This document shows, piece after piece, positions 1 to 10,823 of a stretch of DNA of 64,000 nt. The DNA lies in IMG/VR virus record IMGVR_UViG_3300035670_000085, positions 1 through 64,000 of that record; one strand, given 5' to 3'. The stretch is from a virus. Made by a program: the position numbers and the translations under genes. The notes below the pieces were generated by a model. The model was not told the DNA's origin and did not search any database. It was given only the letters and a program-made list of their open reading frames with translations. Positions within the stretch are counted from its first letter, which is position 1, and every line of letters begins with the position of its first letter.

Positions 1-345
1 TACAATATTTGATAATGCAATACACTGTTTGATAGATTGTTGTATTTTTGGTGAAAAATAATGTTCATAAGAGGGATTATCGTTAGGAATATTAAATAGA
101 TCATCATCATAGTCTGACCATATTTTTATACCATAACTTTTAATTTTTTCCATAGCTCTTACTATTTCTTCACTTTCCGGTCTTTCAAAAAAAACTATAT
201 CAGTATCTGAAAGTTTATCCCACTCAATTATTGTTTCAAATTCTGCTAAAATATTGTTATCTAGCTTATATAATTTTTTTATGGGCTGACTTCTATACCA
301 TGAAGAAGCTCCATGTGGAACAAAACTAAAAACTTTGATTTTCAT
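1..345 (-). CDS. Glycosyltransferase-like protein, N-terminal part only (runs off window); paralog of 20624..21610
   Basis: Manual translation from ATG at 345: MKIKVFSFVPHGASSWYR...DIVFFERP...GIKIWSDYDDDLF, aligning with MIKIKICTQYPKGACSYYR...DIVVFERP...GIKVWADIDDDFF. Not in the ORF track. Confidence 0.7.
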   Translation of the reverse strand, partial: MKIKVFSFVPHGASSWYRSQPIKKLYKLDNNILAEFETIIEWDKLSDTDIVFFERPESEEIVRAMEKIKSYGIKIWSDYDDDLFNIPNDNPSYEHYFSPKIQQSIKQCIALSNIV

Positions 346-375
346 AATTATTTATACCATATTTCATTAAAATTT

Positions 376-2148
376 CTAATCATCAACATCTCTTTCTTTA
401 GAGTCATAAAAAAACTTTTCATATAATACATTAATTTCTGTATTCTTTAAAATCTTAAATGGTTTATTATAATAATAAATATCTATATTTTTAATATAAA
501 TATTATTAATATTATTATATTTAATACATTCTTTTAAACTATTAATTATATTTTCTATATTATGAATAATAGGTTTTCGATTACATGTCAATGTATCTTG
601 AATATATTTTTTATTAAATTCATTTTCATTATAAAACATATGAGATTTTATAATATATTGTTTACAACTATTAGGTATTCCTATAAAATTACTATGACTC
701 CATCCACGTTCATTTGGTTTAATTTGAACAAATAAATAATTTAATATTATTTTAACCATAACATTAATATTTATTCCAGAAATATTATAATGTTTACATA
801 ATGATTTTAACCATTTTTTTGAGAATTGACATCCATAAGTTAATTGTTCAAATTTATAATTCGTAATTGGAAATTGAGAATTTTTAATTCTCTGATATTT
901 ATCATTAGCAATTGCTAATCCTAGAATTTCTTTTAAAATAGTATCACTATATTTTATAACAATACTATATCTTTTTTCTTTAGTGTATGTTTTTTTAAAT
1001 ATTTCTTTTAAAGCTAAATTAATTCCTTTTATCTGTTTATTTAATTCTTTATTTTTTTCTAACTCTAAATGACAAATATTTGATGTAAAAATATCTTTAG
1101 CATATTTATAATTTTTTATTTTATTTTTATCATATTTTTTTATTAAATCACGAATCATAGGTAATAGGATTTTCTTTTTGAATCTCTGTTCACCTAAATC
1201 ATTTATATCTTTACTAGTTCCATCGTGAAACATCATAACTTTTTCATAAATTACATTCTCGTCTGTTTCCCCTCGTCTTATAAAATAGGATATTATTCTT
1301 AATTGATTTTCATTACGATTTCCACAACCATATCTATAACGTTCAAGATATTCTAAGTTTATTTTATTATTGTGTGATATTGTATTAGTATCTGGATAAT
1401 AACGTCCAGATACAAGCGATAATTTTTCATATATGCTATTTTCTTTTGGTATTATTTTTTCAGAAATACAATCTATTAGTTTATTTATAGAAAATAAATT
1501 TTTTGGTTTATAATTTTTAATATATTCTATTTGTTCTACGGGAGAGATGAAAGGAATAAATTCATTATTATCAAAATAACCAGTAATATATTCTGATGAA
1601 CCCGGAAATCTCATACATATGTTTGTAGTACCAATATCAATATGATTATTTTTACATATTTCTCGTAAAGTGTTTTTAATAAATAATAATTTTTCATCAT
1701 CATAATATTCATCTGTTGGAAAAATTACATGCAAATGATTATTTATTGGGTTTATTTCAAATAGCATCTCCTCTAGATTTAATTTTTGTTTAATATATCT
1801 CCAAATTGAAATAGAATCAGTATCATCATCTATATCTAAATATATAGATTTTGCTTTTGGGTATCTATTAATTGCATAAGTATGTAATTTTATAGATCTA
1901 TTTGGTTTTTCAATATATTTACGATATATATGTTCAAAAAGATTAAATTTTACATATTGTTTTTGATATGGTTGTAAAGTACACCAAGATAATTTTCCTT
2001 CACTGTCTATATATCTTGATGCTATTTTTTGATATATCTCTCTCATATCAAAACCACATAAGATTCCATAGTCATACAATTGCTGTATACTATAATCTTT
2101 TTTAGCATCATTAACAGATGAATATATTTTATTAACTAACATTTTCAA
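376..2148 (-). CDS. AEP-superfamily primase/replication initiator-like protein
   Basis: Motifs YLDIDDD (DxD), NNHLHVIF (H) and MRFPGS, followed by a PriCT-like GNRN segment. Confidence 0.55.
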   Translation of the reverse strand: MKMLVNKIYSSVNDAKKDYSIQQLYDYGILCGFDMREIYQKIASRYIDSEGKLSWCTLQPYQKQYVKFNLFEHIYRKYIEKPNRSIKLHTYAINRYPKAKSIYLDIDDDTDSISIWRYIKQKLNLEEMLFEINPINNHLHVIFPTDEYYDDEKLLFIKNTLREICKNNHIDIGTTNICMRFPGSSEYITGYFDNNEFIPFISPVEQIEYIKNYKPKNLFSINKLIDCISEKIIPKENSIYEKLSLVSGRYYPDTNTISHNNKINLEYLERYRYGCGNRNENQLRIISYFIRRGETDENVIYEKVMMFHDGTSKDINDLGEQRFKKKILLPMIRDLIKKYDKNKIKNYKYAKDIFTSNICHLELEKNKELNKQIKGINLALKEIFKKTYTKEKRYSIVIKYSDTILKEILGLAIANDKYQRIKNSQFPITNYKFEQLTYGCQFSKKWLKSLCKHYNISGININVMVKIILNYLFVQIKPNERGWSHSNFIGIPNSCKQYIIKSHMFYNENEFNKKYIQDTLTCNRKPIIHNIENIINSLKECIKYNNINNIYIKNIDIYYYNKPFKILKNTEINVLYEKFFYDSKERDVDD

Positions 2149-2489
2149 ACAGTAATACTTGTTATCACTTTTTGTAATTCTGGTAAATGAAATTTTATCT
2201 GAAGAATGAAATTTAAAATAATTTCAGTATTTTTTTCATCGTCCGGAAAAGCAATAGGATCAAGAAATATAGTTTTTAATTCATTTATTTCCTCAGTAGT
2301 TAATTGTTTATTATCTTTTAGCATATCAACTATCCTTTTAGTTGATGGACAAATCATAATCATAGTAAGAAAAGTAGAAGCTCTGGCTGAAAGCTCATTA
2401 TTTTGTTCTTCGAGCATTTTGATATAATCATTTTTTCGAATATCAATAGTCATTTGAGTATGTTTATTTTTTTTCTTTTTACGTTTCAT
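2145..2489 (-). CDS. hypothetical protein
   Basis: ORF overlaps the next gene by ATGA coupling. Confidence 0.6.
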   Translation of the reverse strand: MKRKKKKNKHTQMTIDIRKNDYIKMLEEQNNELSARASTFLTMIMICPSTKRIVDMLKDNKQLTTEEINELKTIFLDPIAFPDDEKNTEIILNFILQIKFHLPELQKVITSITV

Positions 2490-2492
2490 TTT

Positions 2493-3140
2493 TTATCCTC
2501 TGTAAAATTTATTAAAATTCTCTTGCAATAGTTTACCTACTTTTTCATATGGTCTTGTATCCTTAATATAATTTTCAATATTATCATACCTAAGTAAATC
2601 CTCGTACTCTAAAAGATAAGCATGAAATTCATCTAAAGCCGAAGAGATAGTATAACCCTCTTCAATCATCCAGTCGTATAATGGTCTAACTGGGTAATCA
2701 TGTAATAGTAGAATTTTATATACATTATTGAAATATTCTTCATTAACATAATAAAGTGCATGTGCTAACTCATGTTTTAAAGTACTCTCACCAGAATTAT
2801 GCGTTGCTATTACATAATATTTCTCAGTAGAATTTGGCAAGGGTAATTGTTTTAATACTTTCTTTTCTTCTTTAGTTATATTTTTAAATTTATCATAAAA
2901 AAATGGTTTGAAAGCATAGTCTGGAATATTAAACCCATTCCAATCTGTGTAATATGACCACTGTCCATAAGTTTTAATATACCATTCTTTGTACTGATCT
3001 AGTGTAAAAATTTTACCTTGCCAAAAAGGAGATTCATAATACTCTTCAAATCGACAAAAAGTTTTAGCACATTCTTCTTGAGTATCAAAATTAAAATGAT
3101 AAACATTTTTAATAATTTCTGTAAATTTAAAGGTTTTCAT
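2493..3140 (-). CDS. zincin-like (HExxH) hypothetical protein
   Basis: TLKHELAHALYY plus downstream DEFHAY; AAGGA RBS upstream. Confidence 0.5.
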   Translation of the reverse strand: MKTFKFTEIIKNVYHFNFDTQEECAKTFCRFEEYYESPFWQGKIFTLDQYKEWYIKTYGQWSYYTDWNGFNIPDYAFKPFFYDKFKNITKEEKKVLKQLPLPNSTEKYYVIATHNSGESTLKHELAHALYYVNEEYFNNVYKILLLHDYPVRPLYDWMIEEGYTISSALDEFHAYLLEYEDLLRYDNIENYIKDTRPYEKVGKLLQENFNKFYRG

Positions 3141-3170
3141 AAATTCCTTACTATATTATAATTATACTTC

Positions 3171-3290
3171 TATTAGTATATAGAAAAAAATTGTACTAAT
3201 CAATATACCATCAATATATAGAATTTTTTTAAAAAATTTATAAAAAAATTAAAAAAAAAGTGTAAATTTTTGCTTAATTTTTTATATAAT
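3171..3290. promoter_or_regulatory. divergent promoter region: minus-strand TACTAATA and TATAAATT-N16-TATATT; plus-strand TGTAAATT-N16-TATAAT
   Basis: Copies of motifs that recur across the window, at 3171-3178 (-), 3242-3213 (-) and 3261-3290 (+). Confidence 0.6.
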
Positions 3291-3390
3291 GATTGGTAAA
3301 GGCACAAAAAATTAAAAAATAAGTCTGTATAATTAGACAAAACTAACAATTTATTACGTGCCAAAATTAAAATTAAGAGGTATTTGTTTT

Positions 3391-4860
3391 ATGTCAAATG
3401 AACAAATGGATAGTTTTGATCCTTTTCAAATGGCGAAAGTTGAAAAGGAAGCAATGAGAGAAGCACGAGAAAATAAAAACAATTATGGGGGTAGAACTTA
3501 CGAAGAGTATGAATATCTAGGACTTAATCCAGATGAGAAGAAAGTATTTCGGATCGTTAGTAATCCTGTTAAATTGAATGGAGAATCATTAACTGAAAAA
3601 GATGCAAGATTGGTTATGACTTCACGTATTTTAACAGATGAAGGAAAGGGATTTTGTAACATTAACTGGCAATGGAAAATTAAAAATGGTAAATTTGTAG
3701 CAGATCCTGATTGGTTTTTGACTCGTGTTATGAATACTGTATTTGGTGGTACATGGCAACCACTTACAGAAAAAGATGTTGATGGAATTAAGATTGTTAA
3801 ATCAGCAGACGGAAAGATTTTTAACTCTCAATCAAAATTTAAATCTACGAATAAATTTGTAGTAAATAATCCGAATACACCATCGTATAAACGTCTTAAA
3901 AATAATAAAAGACCTAATGATACTTTTGCTGTTGATGTAATGCCATCACCACATGTTATGCTTCAAGTTATTGATAGACTTGATGATTGGTGTAAAGTAA
4001 ATAAAACTTATAAAATTCTTGCTACTAAAGCTAATGTTGTAGAATACCCAAATCCAGACGGAACAATTAAAAAAGTTGTTTATAAGGATACTGGAATTTC
4101 TTTTTCAATGTATGAGAAAATTCTTGACCACTTCTTGAATTTTAGAAAAGATTGGTATATTGATTGTGTTATTAAAAGGTATAAATCAACATCAGGTTGG
4201 ACATTTGAAATTCAAGATGCTCAAGATTTTAAAAAACTGTCTCCAGAAATTCAAAAAGTTATTTCTGAAGAACCTCTGACGGAAGAAGAAAAATCTTATA
4301 AATTTAATGATCTCTCTAAACTTGACCAAATTTCTACTTATAGTAAAATTAAAAAGAATCTTGAGAAATTGATTCGTCAAGTTGACATTGATTATAATAC
4401 TAACTTTCTTGCAGAATTAGAACAACTTTGTGAAGCGGAAAAAGCAAAGTTTAAAGAAATGTATGGAAATGAGAATGTTGATAATGAAGTTGAGTCAGAA
4501 GTAGAAATTGAAAAAGTTGAGGAAGTTAAACCAACTGTTACTGTAAAAGAAGAGGTAAAAGTTGAAGAAAAGATTGAAGTACCAGTAAGAACATCAAGAG
4601 AAGTTCAAGTGCCTGTAGAAACTAATTTGGAAGCAGAACTTATTAAATATTTTCCAAATTGGTCTAAACTTGATGAAACTGATGTGAAAGTTATGTTGAC
4701 GGATGTAGAAAAAATTGTTCCGGAAAAAGGAATTGTTTACAAATCAGGAGTTGTCACTATTCCTTGTGATAATAAAGATTGTGTATTTCCTGGAACAACA
4801 ATAAGAGCAGCTTTTCCAGATAAAGTCTATAACTGCCCGTCTTGTGGTAAGAAATTCTAA
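3391..4860 (+). CDS. ssDNA-binding protein-like (gp32-type) with acidic linker and C-terminal Zn ribbon
   Basis: First gene of the replication operon; KVFRIV and VMLQVIDR segments; E/V-rich linker; C-x4-C...CPSCG. ATG 3391 follows GAGG RBS (the track starts at GTG 3358). Confidence 0.5.
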   Translation: MSNEQMDSFDPFQMAKVEKEAMREARENKNNYGGRTYEEYEYLGLNPDEKKVFRIVSNPVKLNGESLTEKDARLVMTSRILTDEGKGFCNINWQWKIKNGKFVADPDWFLTRVMNTVFGGTWQPLTEKDVDGIKIVKSADGKIFNSQSKFKSTNKFVVNNPNTPSYKRLKNNKRPNDTFAVDVMPSPHVMLQVIDRLDDWCKVNKTYKILATKANVVEYPNPDGTIKKVVYKDTGISFSMYEKILDHFLNFRKDWYIDCVIKRYKSTSGWTFEIQDAQDFKKLSPEIQKVISEEPLTEEEKSYKFNDLSKLDQISTYSKIKKNLEKLIRQVDIDYNTNFLAELEQLCEAEKAKFKEMYGNENVDNEVESEVEIEKVEEVKPTVTVKEEVKVEEKIEVPVRTSREVQVPVETNLEAELIKYFPNWSKLDETDVKVMLTDVEKIVPEKGIVYKSGVVTIPCDNKDCVFPGTTIRAAFPDKVYNCPSCGKKF

Positions 4861-4885
4861 ATAAATATTTTTATCTTTTCAAATT

Positions 4886-4923
4886 TGAGTATTACATATT
4901 TTTGTAATACTCATTTTTTTTTT
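4886..4923 (+). terminator. rho-independent terminator
   Basis: TGAGTATTACA / TGTAATACTCA stem followed by a T-run. Confidence 0.8.
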
Positions 4924-4959
4924 GTAAATTTTTATTAACTTTTTGATATATTATAAAAT

Positions 4960-5598
4960 ATGAAAACATTATTTGAATTTAAAAAAGATTGTAATAAAAA
5001 TATATGCAATCGACATACGTTTCAAAGTGATAATTGTAAAATGATAAAAAAACAAGAAAGATGTTATCAAATATGGAATAAAACTCAAAAAAAGAAATCA
5101 GATAAAATTCAAAAAGATGCTGAAAAACAATTTGAAAAAAAACAAGAAAAAATTAAAAAAGAAATTGATAATAAAAAAGAAAAATATCAAAAATTTCTTA
5201 ATGGTGAAATTGATTTAGAATTTGAAATTGATGATGCCTATGAAGATTTTAGAAAAAATGTATGGATAAGAGATTGTGGAATATTTGATGGAATTTCTAA
5301 AAAGAAAGATTGGAAAAAATATTGTAGAATTTGGAACATATTGACAGAGGAAGAAAAACAGTATTTTGATGAGCATTATAAAGAAACGGCTTGGTTAAAT
5401 GAAAATTTAGATGTATGTCATATAGAAGAGAGAAGTTCACATCCAGAACTAAAATATATTGTTGATAATGCCTGTATATGCGGAAGATTTTTTCATAGTC
5501 GTTTAGATCAATATATACATCCAGTTTATTTGAATCATATCACTAAAGAAGAAAGGAAGGAATGGTTTGAGATGGCAAAGAGAGGTAAGAGAGAATGA
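4960..5598 (+). CDS. HNH-like nuclease (NinG/HNH-type C-terminus)
   Basis: FRKNVWIRD...LDVCHI...S..PELKY..DN...C..FH. Confidence 0.5.
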   Translation: MKTLFEFKKDCNKNICNRHTFQSDNCKMIKKQERCYQIWNKTQKKKSDKIQKDAEKQFEKKQEKIKKEIDNKKEKYQKFLNGEIDLEFEIDDAYEDFRKNVWIRDCGIFDGISKKKDWKKYCRIWNILTEEEKQYFDEHYKETAWLNENLDVCHIEERSSHPELKYIVDNACICGRFFHSRLDQYIHPVYLNHITKEERKEWFEMAKRGKRE

Positions 5599-5783
5599 GT
5601 TTATATGGATATACAATAGATATTGTTGGATTGAAATGTTTTTTAATTATAATAAGTCCATTCATAACTGGAATAATTATTAGAATATTTATAAGTATTA
5701 TTAGAAAATTATTTCATTCTAATAAATCCAAAAAAATAATAATACTAAGTAATAAATTAGAAAAAGAAATTAAAAAGAGGTAA
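5595..5783 (+). CDS. small membrane protein
   Basis: Hydrophobic segment; ATGA coupling. Confidence 0.5.
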   Translation: MSLYGYTIDIVGLKCFLIIISPFITGIIIRIFISIIRKLFHSNKSKKIIILSNKLEKEIKKR

Positions 5784-5795
5784 GAAATAATTTTA

Positions 5796-6725
5796 ATGAG
5801 ATATGATAATATAACAAAAGAGTTTTTACTTGATTGTTTTTTAAATAAAAAAAATATTCCAGAGATATCTAAAGAAACAAATATTTCCGAGCATAGTTTA
5901 CGATGTATTTGTGATAAATATAATATAAAAGATTTAATATACTATAAGTGTAAATATTGTAATACAGAATTTAATTTACAATTTAAAAAAATAAAAAATA
6001 AAAAAATTATTCATAATGTCTGTATTTCGTGTTCCAACAAATACAGAAAAACATGTAAGGATTTAAGTATAGATGAGCAAAATAAAATAAAAGAGAAAAG
6101 AAAAAAAACATATCAAATTAGATATGGTCTCAATGGTCGCCCACGTACTAAAAAGACTACAGAGAGGATTCGACAAACTAAGGAACGTAGATATGGCTCT
6201 CCAACATATAATAATATGGAAAAACAAAAACAAACTATGTTAATTAAATATGGAGTAGATCATTCTTCTAAATTAAATACAACATATAAAAGATATTCTA
6301 AAATTTCGCAAGAATTTTTTTGGGAAATTTATAATAATTTACCAAATGATTTAAAACAATATACATTTTTTGCTGAACTAAATAGAGAATTTTCTTGTTT
6401 TAATAAAGTTATGAATCAAAGATACGAATATGATTTTGTAATTACAAATATTAATTTTTGTATGGAGTTTCAAGGATGTTATTGGCATGCAAATCCTTTA
6501 ATTTTTGATATTAACGAGGAAGATATTATTCATAATAAAAAGGTAAAAGATATATGGCTTTATGATGAAATAAAAGAAGAATACATTAGAAATGAATATA
6601 GATATGACTTTATGGATGTTTGGGATTATGAATATTTAGAAAATAAACAGAAAACTATATCCGATGCTTTATATGCAATTTCTTGGAATTATAGAAAATA
6701 TATTTTAAAAACAATACATATTTAG
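5796..6725 (+). mobile_element. free-standing homing endonuclease (HTH + Zn finger + KYG repeats + Vsr/PD-(D/E)xK-like domain)
   Basis: T..ERRYG/T..IKYG repeats; YEYDF...MEFQGCYWH...D..K; sits just upstream of recA. Confidence 0.7.
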
Positions 6726-6738
6726 GAGAGAATATTAT

Positions 6739-7848
6739 ATGTCAATAAAAAAAGTTAATATCGAACAATTAAGAAAACAAATGAATAAAAAATTTGGTGA
6801 TGAAAAAGTTCAATTGGGTAAAGAATTATCTAAAACAATACCAATTCATTGTAGTACTGGGAGTTATACTCTTGATTTAGTTCTTGGATGTAGAGGAATA
6901 CCTAAAGGACGTATATTAGGATTACAAGGCCCGGAAAGCGGTGGTAAAACATTAATGTCTTTAATTATGGCAGCAGAAATTCAAAAAAATGATGGTAATG
7001 TTGGTTTTATTGATGTTGAGGGTACTTATGTTCAAGGATGGGCAGAAAATTTTGGAGTTACAGAGGATAATCTTCTTTATATGAAACCGTCTTCCGGCGG
7101 TGAAGCTTTAGAAATGGTCGTTACTTTAGTTCAAAGCAATATTGATTTAATTATCGTTGATTCCGTCGCAGCACTTATTTCTGAAAGAGAAAAAGAAAAG
7201 GAGATTGGACAAGATTCTATGGCAGAACTTGCTAGATTAATGAGTACCGGATTGAAAAAAATTCAAAATGTTCTTCAAACTTCTACCTCTACAATTATTT
7301 TTATCTCACAGTTAAGAAATGCAGTAGGTTCCTACGGAAATCCTGAAAAAGCAACAGGAGGTAAAGCCCTTCAATATTATGCAAGTTTATTTCTTGATGT
7401 GCGTAAAAGAGAAGTTATAGGAGATAAAGAAAATCCAGAAGGATTTACTACAGCAATTAAGGCTGTAAAAAATAAGATAGGTCATCCGAATAGAAAGATT
7501 GAAATTGATTTATATATTGGACCTTCTCATTATGGGATTGATAAAGAGGCTGAAATTTTTAATGTTGCTTGTCAACTTGGAATTATTCAAAAACAATCAA
7601 AAGATAAAGAAACTGGAGAATATATACAGGACGAAAAAGGCTCATATTATTCTTATAAAAGCGAACGTTTTTATGGATTGCCAAAAATGATGAAGTATAT
7701 TGAATCTAATCCTTCCGAAATGGAGCTTATTAAAAAAGAAGTTGAGAGAATTATGGATGAGAAGTATAGACCAGCAGAAGGATCTTTTAATGCTAAAATA
7801 ATTAAATCTGAAGAAGGAGATGATTATGTCGAAGAAACAGAAGAATAA
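6739..7848 (+). CDS. recA: RecA recombinase
   Basis: STGSYTLD, GPESGGKT Walker A, FIDVE, IIVDSVAAL, ARLMS, GGKALQYYAS, KNKIG. Confidence 0.95.
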   Translation: MSIKKVNIEQLRKQMNKKFGDEKVQLGKELSKTIPIHCSTGSYTLDLVLGCRGIPKGRILGLQGPESGGKTLMSLIMAAEIQKNDGNVGFIDVEGTYVQGWAENFGVTEDNLLYMKPSSGGEALEMVVTLVQSNIDLIIVDSVAALISEREKEKEIGQDSMAELARLMSTGLKKIQNVLQTSTSTIIFISQLRNAVGSYGNPEKATGGKALQYYASLFLDVRKREVIGDKENPEGFTTAIKAVKNKIGHPNRKIEIDLYIGPSHYGIDKEAEIFNVACQLGIIQKQSKDKETGEYIQDEKGSYYSYKSERFYGLPKMMKYIESNPSEMELIKKEVERIMDEKYRPAEGSFNAKIIKSEEGDDYVEETEE

Positions 7849-8047
7849 AGAAGAATTTTTTAATTTTGATTTAGCGAGTATTTTTTCAAAAGAACAAATT
7901 GATATATTGATCGAAATGGCAGAATTGAAAGGACAAACTATAGATGAATTTTGTAATAATATTTTGAAAAAATATATAGATAATAATAAAAAAATTGAAG
8001 TTGATATGAATAAAATGGGAAAATTTCATATTGGAAAAGAACAATGA
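7820..8047 (+). CDS. small ribbon-helix-helix-like protein
   Basis: MAELKGQTIDEFCNNILKKYI pattern. Confidence 0.4.
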   Translation: MIMSKKQKNKEEFFNFDLASIFSKEQIDILIEMAELKGQTIDEFCNNILKKYIDNNKKIEVDMNKMGKFHIGKEQ

Positions 8048-8619
8048 AAAGATATCAGTCGCAGTTTATGGAATCTTATATCTCTGAATTATGGCAATCC
8101 TTAAAAAATATTGCCAATCTTTTAAAAGATCGTGATATTAATTTTACAATTATTGGAGGTGCTGCTAGAAATCAATACGGTGTTAAAAAAATTACAGAGG
8201 ATGTTGATATTCTTGTAGCAAAAAAAGATAAAGAAAAGATGTTGAAATTGCCCATAGGGTTTATTAAAGATCTTAGCAAAGGGAGAGGAAAAATTTTTTC
8301 TTTTCATAATCCAAAAACAAGAGTTGAAATAATCTATTCTGGAGAGATATCTGGGGATGGTATAAATGGAATAGCATACGAAAATCCAAAACTTATATCA
8401 AATGATATAAAAGGTATTCCTTTTCTCACTTTAGAAAAATTAATTGAATATAAATTGAGTTCTGGTATATATGGTAAAAGAATGAAAGATTTTGTAGATA
8501 TTATAGAATTAATTCAAATAAATAAACTTCCAGAAGATTATGCTAAAAATTTTCGTAAAGATTTATATATTAAATATAAAGAACTTTGGAAATCTTCTAA
8601 GGAAGAAAAAACTTTATGA
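8044..8619 (+). CDS. Pol-beta-superfamily nucleotidyltransferase carrying an MKRY...E N-terminal tag
   Basis: IIGGAA...G..KITEDVDIL, K...R.KD..D; N-terminus MKRYQSQFMES. Confidence 0.7.
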   Translation: MKRYQSQFMESYISELWQSLKNIANLLKDRDINFTIIGGAARNQYGVKKITEDVDILVAKKDKEKMLKLPIGFIKDLSKGRGKIFSFHNPKTRVEIIYSGEISGDGINGIAYENPKLISNDIKGIPFLTLEKLIEYKLSSGIYGKRMKDFVDIIELIQINKLPEDYAKNFRKDLYIKYKELWKSSKEEKTL

Positions 8620-10541
8620 AAATTAATTATTTAAAAATACAAAATTTTAAAAATATCTCTGACATTGAAATAAATAATTTCAGAGATATAAATATTGTAA
8701 CTGGAAATAATGGAGAAGGAAAGAGTTCTACTCTACAAGCCATAATCTATCTCCTCACTGATTCTTTATCTGACAAAATTGAAGAATTTGTTAAGTGGGG
8801 AGAAGATTCTTTTTTATTACATACTTTATTTAATCATGCTGGACAAGAATATGATTATGAAATAATTGGAAGTAAAAAAGGAACAAAAAGAACTTTATAT
8901 GTGAATGGTAAAGATAATGTTTATTTGAATTCCGATGCTACTAAAAAATTAGCAGAAATTATAAATCCTTTACTCACTTTATACTCTGCTATTTCTGAAC
9001 AAAGAAATGTTGATAGACTTTTATTTGAAAAGCAAGCAGATCAATTAGAAAAGCTGAAAAAGTTATTTGGTATTGAAAAGCTTAAAGATATTGTTGAAGA
9101 TATAAAATCTGATATTAAATTAAATGATACAAAACTTATTGAGCTAGAAACAGAAGTTAAAGTATTAGAAAATAGAAAATATCATTTTATCGATGAACCG
9201 GATGAAAGTGAAATTGAAAAAATTAAACAGGATAATAAAAACTTAGTCCTACTCGAATTACCAGAGTACGATGATTCAAAATTATCTGAATTACAAAAAG
9301 AATGTAATGATTTAGAAAAAAAGGAAATTGTTTTAAGAAATTCTATAAAACAATATGAACAAAATTTTAATATTCTTGGAACTTTGGAAGCTAAAAAACT
9401 TATAAAAAATAAGGAAAATGAAAAACTTGTTATAAAAAGACTTCCTCGTGGAGAAGAAATAACAGAAGAATCTTTAAAGAAATTGCAAGACGATTTAAAT
9501 AGAATCAATGTTGACTTGTTGCAATACAATAAAAAATACTCATTGTGTCTGTCTGGTAAATGTCCAGAATGTGAACAAGAATATCATGCAGATATAACAC
9601 AAATAGAAAAAAATATTATTCAATTAAAGTCTGATAAGGCAGAAACTACTTTAGTATTAGAAGCGGAAACACAAAGAAGAAAAGAAATTGAACAGATAAA
9701 AAAAGATAATGAAAAAATTCAATTTCAAAAAAATCGAATAGAAAAAGAAATACAAGAAATTGATAAAGAAATAGAAAATATAAGCAAAACTATTGCTAAA
9801 CCAGAAGGAAATTGTAATGAATTAGATGAACAATTAATGAATATAAATATAGAAATTGAACATCAAAAAAGATTAAAAATAATTTATGATCAGACAATAA
9901 AAAGAAATGAAACAGCCCTCAAATTAAAACAAGAGAATGAAAATAAAATTTTAGTTATTCAAACTCAAATTGAATCTGCTAAAAAACAAAATGAACTGAT
10001 ACGTCAAGAGATGAATAGTGATAGAAGTAAAATTCAAAAATTACAAGAAAATGTTGATAATTTAAAACTTGAAAACCGCCAACTAGATTCTGTTAAAAAA
10101 ATTATTGATAAAGAATTTTCAGCATGGATTATTTCAAATGGAATTGATTTTATTAAATCTGAGATGAATAAATTTTTTACTAAGACTTATAACAAAGGAC
10201 TTATTGTTGATATTATTCAAGATAAAAAAGGCATTGAGTTTTTATATGGTGAAAATAAAGAATCATTGAGAACCATCAATATGGCTTCTGGATTTGAAAA
10301 AGCTATTCTTGCTATGAGTTTCAGATATGCTCTATGTGGAATGCAGAATCTTGGTATTATGATTCTTGATGAAATAGACTCTGATGCAAGTGATGAAAAT
10401 TCGATAAAGCTATTTAAAATGCTTTTAACAAATAAAGAAATTCAATTCTTTATAGTTACTCATAATTTACAAGCAGTTGATATTATGGAACAGGAATATA
10501 ATGCTAAAGTTTTTGAAATCAATAAAGGAGTGTTGAAATGA
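8616..10541 (+). CDS. SbcC/Rad50/gp46-like recombination ATPase
   Basis: GNNGEGKSS Walker A, coiled coil with CPEC zinc hook, ASGFE signature, ILDE Walker B, VTH. Confidence 0.9.
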   Translation: MKINYLKIQNFKNISDIEINNFRDINIVTGNNGEGKSSTLQAIIYLLTDSLSDKIEEFVKWGEDSFLLHTLFNHAGQEYDYEIIGSKKGTKRTLYVNGKDNVYLNSDATKKLAEIINPLLTLYSAISEQRNVDRLLFEKQADQLEKLKKLFGIEKLKDIVEDIKSDIKLNDTKLIELETEVKVLENRKYHFIDEPDESEIEKIKQDNKNLVLLELPEYDDSKLSELQKECNDLEKKEIVLRNSIKQYEQNFNILGTLEAKKLIKNKENEKLVIKRLPRGEEITEESLKKLQDDLNRINVDLLQYNKKYSLCLSGKCPECEQEYHADITQIEKNIIQLKSDKAETTLVLEAETQRRKEIEQIKKDNEKIQFQKNRIEKEIQEIDKEIENISKTIAKPEGNCNELDEQLMNINIEIEHQKRLKIIYDQTIKRNETALKLKQENENKILVIQTQIESAKKQNELIRQEMNSDRSKIQKLQENVDNLKLENRQLDSVKKIIDKEFSAWIISNGIDFIKSEMNKFFTKTYNKGLIVDIIQDKKGIEFLYGENKESLRTINMASGFEKAILAMSFRYALCGMQNLGIMILDEIDSDASDENSIKLFKMLLTNKEIQFFIVTHNLQAVDIMEQEYNAKVFEINKGVLK

Positions 10542-10777
10542 GTATTGAAATCAATGATTTTGACCCGATACAAGAAAAACTTATTAGAAAAAGAGAACCA
10601 AAATTAAATAAATTATTAAACGATAAAAATATTTGTGCTATTGAAAAAGATATTTCTGGAAGATTTATTATTAAATATAATACCGGTCAGATATTTAAAT
10701 GTTCTGGTTCTTTACCTAATAGATGTATAAAAATGACATTTTGTAAAGAAATTATAAAAAAACGTAAATTATTTTAA
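10538..10777 (+). CDS. hypothetical protein
   Basis: ORF with GGAG RBS and ATGA coupling. Confidence 0.55.
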   Translation: MSIEINDFDPIQEKLIRKREPKLNKLLNDKNICAIEKDISGRFIIKYNTGQIFKCSGSLPNRCIKMTFCKEIIKKRKLF

Positions 10778-10823
10778 TTATTATTATATATTATAAATAT
10801 AAATACAACAGGAGATTTTAATT

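Noticed and set aside
2493-3140. MKTFKFTE as a T4-type capsid-targeting sequence
   Set aside because: It does not match this phage's tag consensus, and the resemblance can arise from AT-rich start bias. Left unclaimed despite the nearby TACTAATA.
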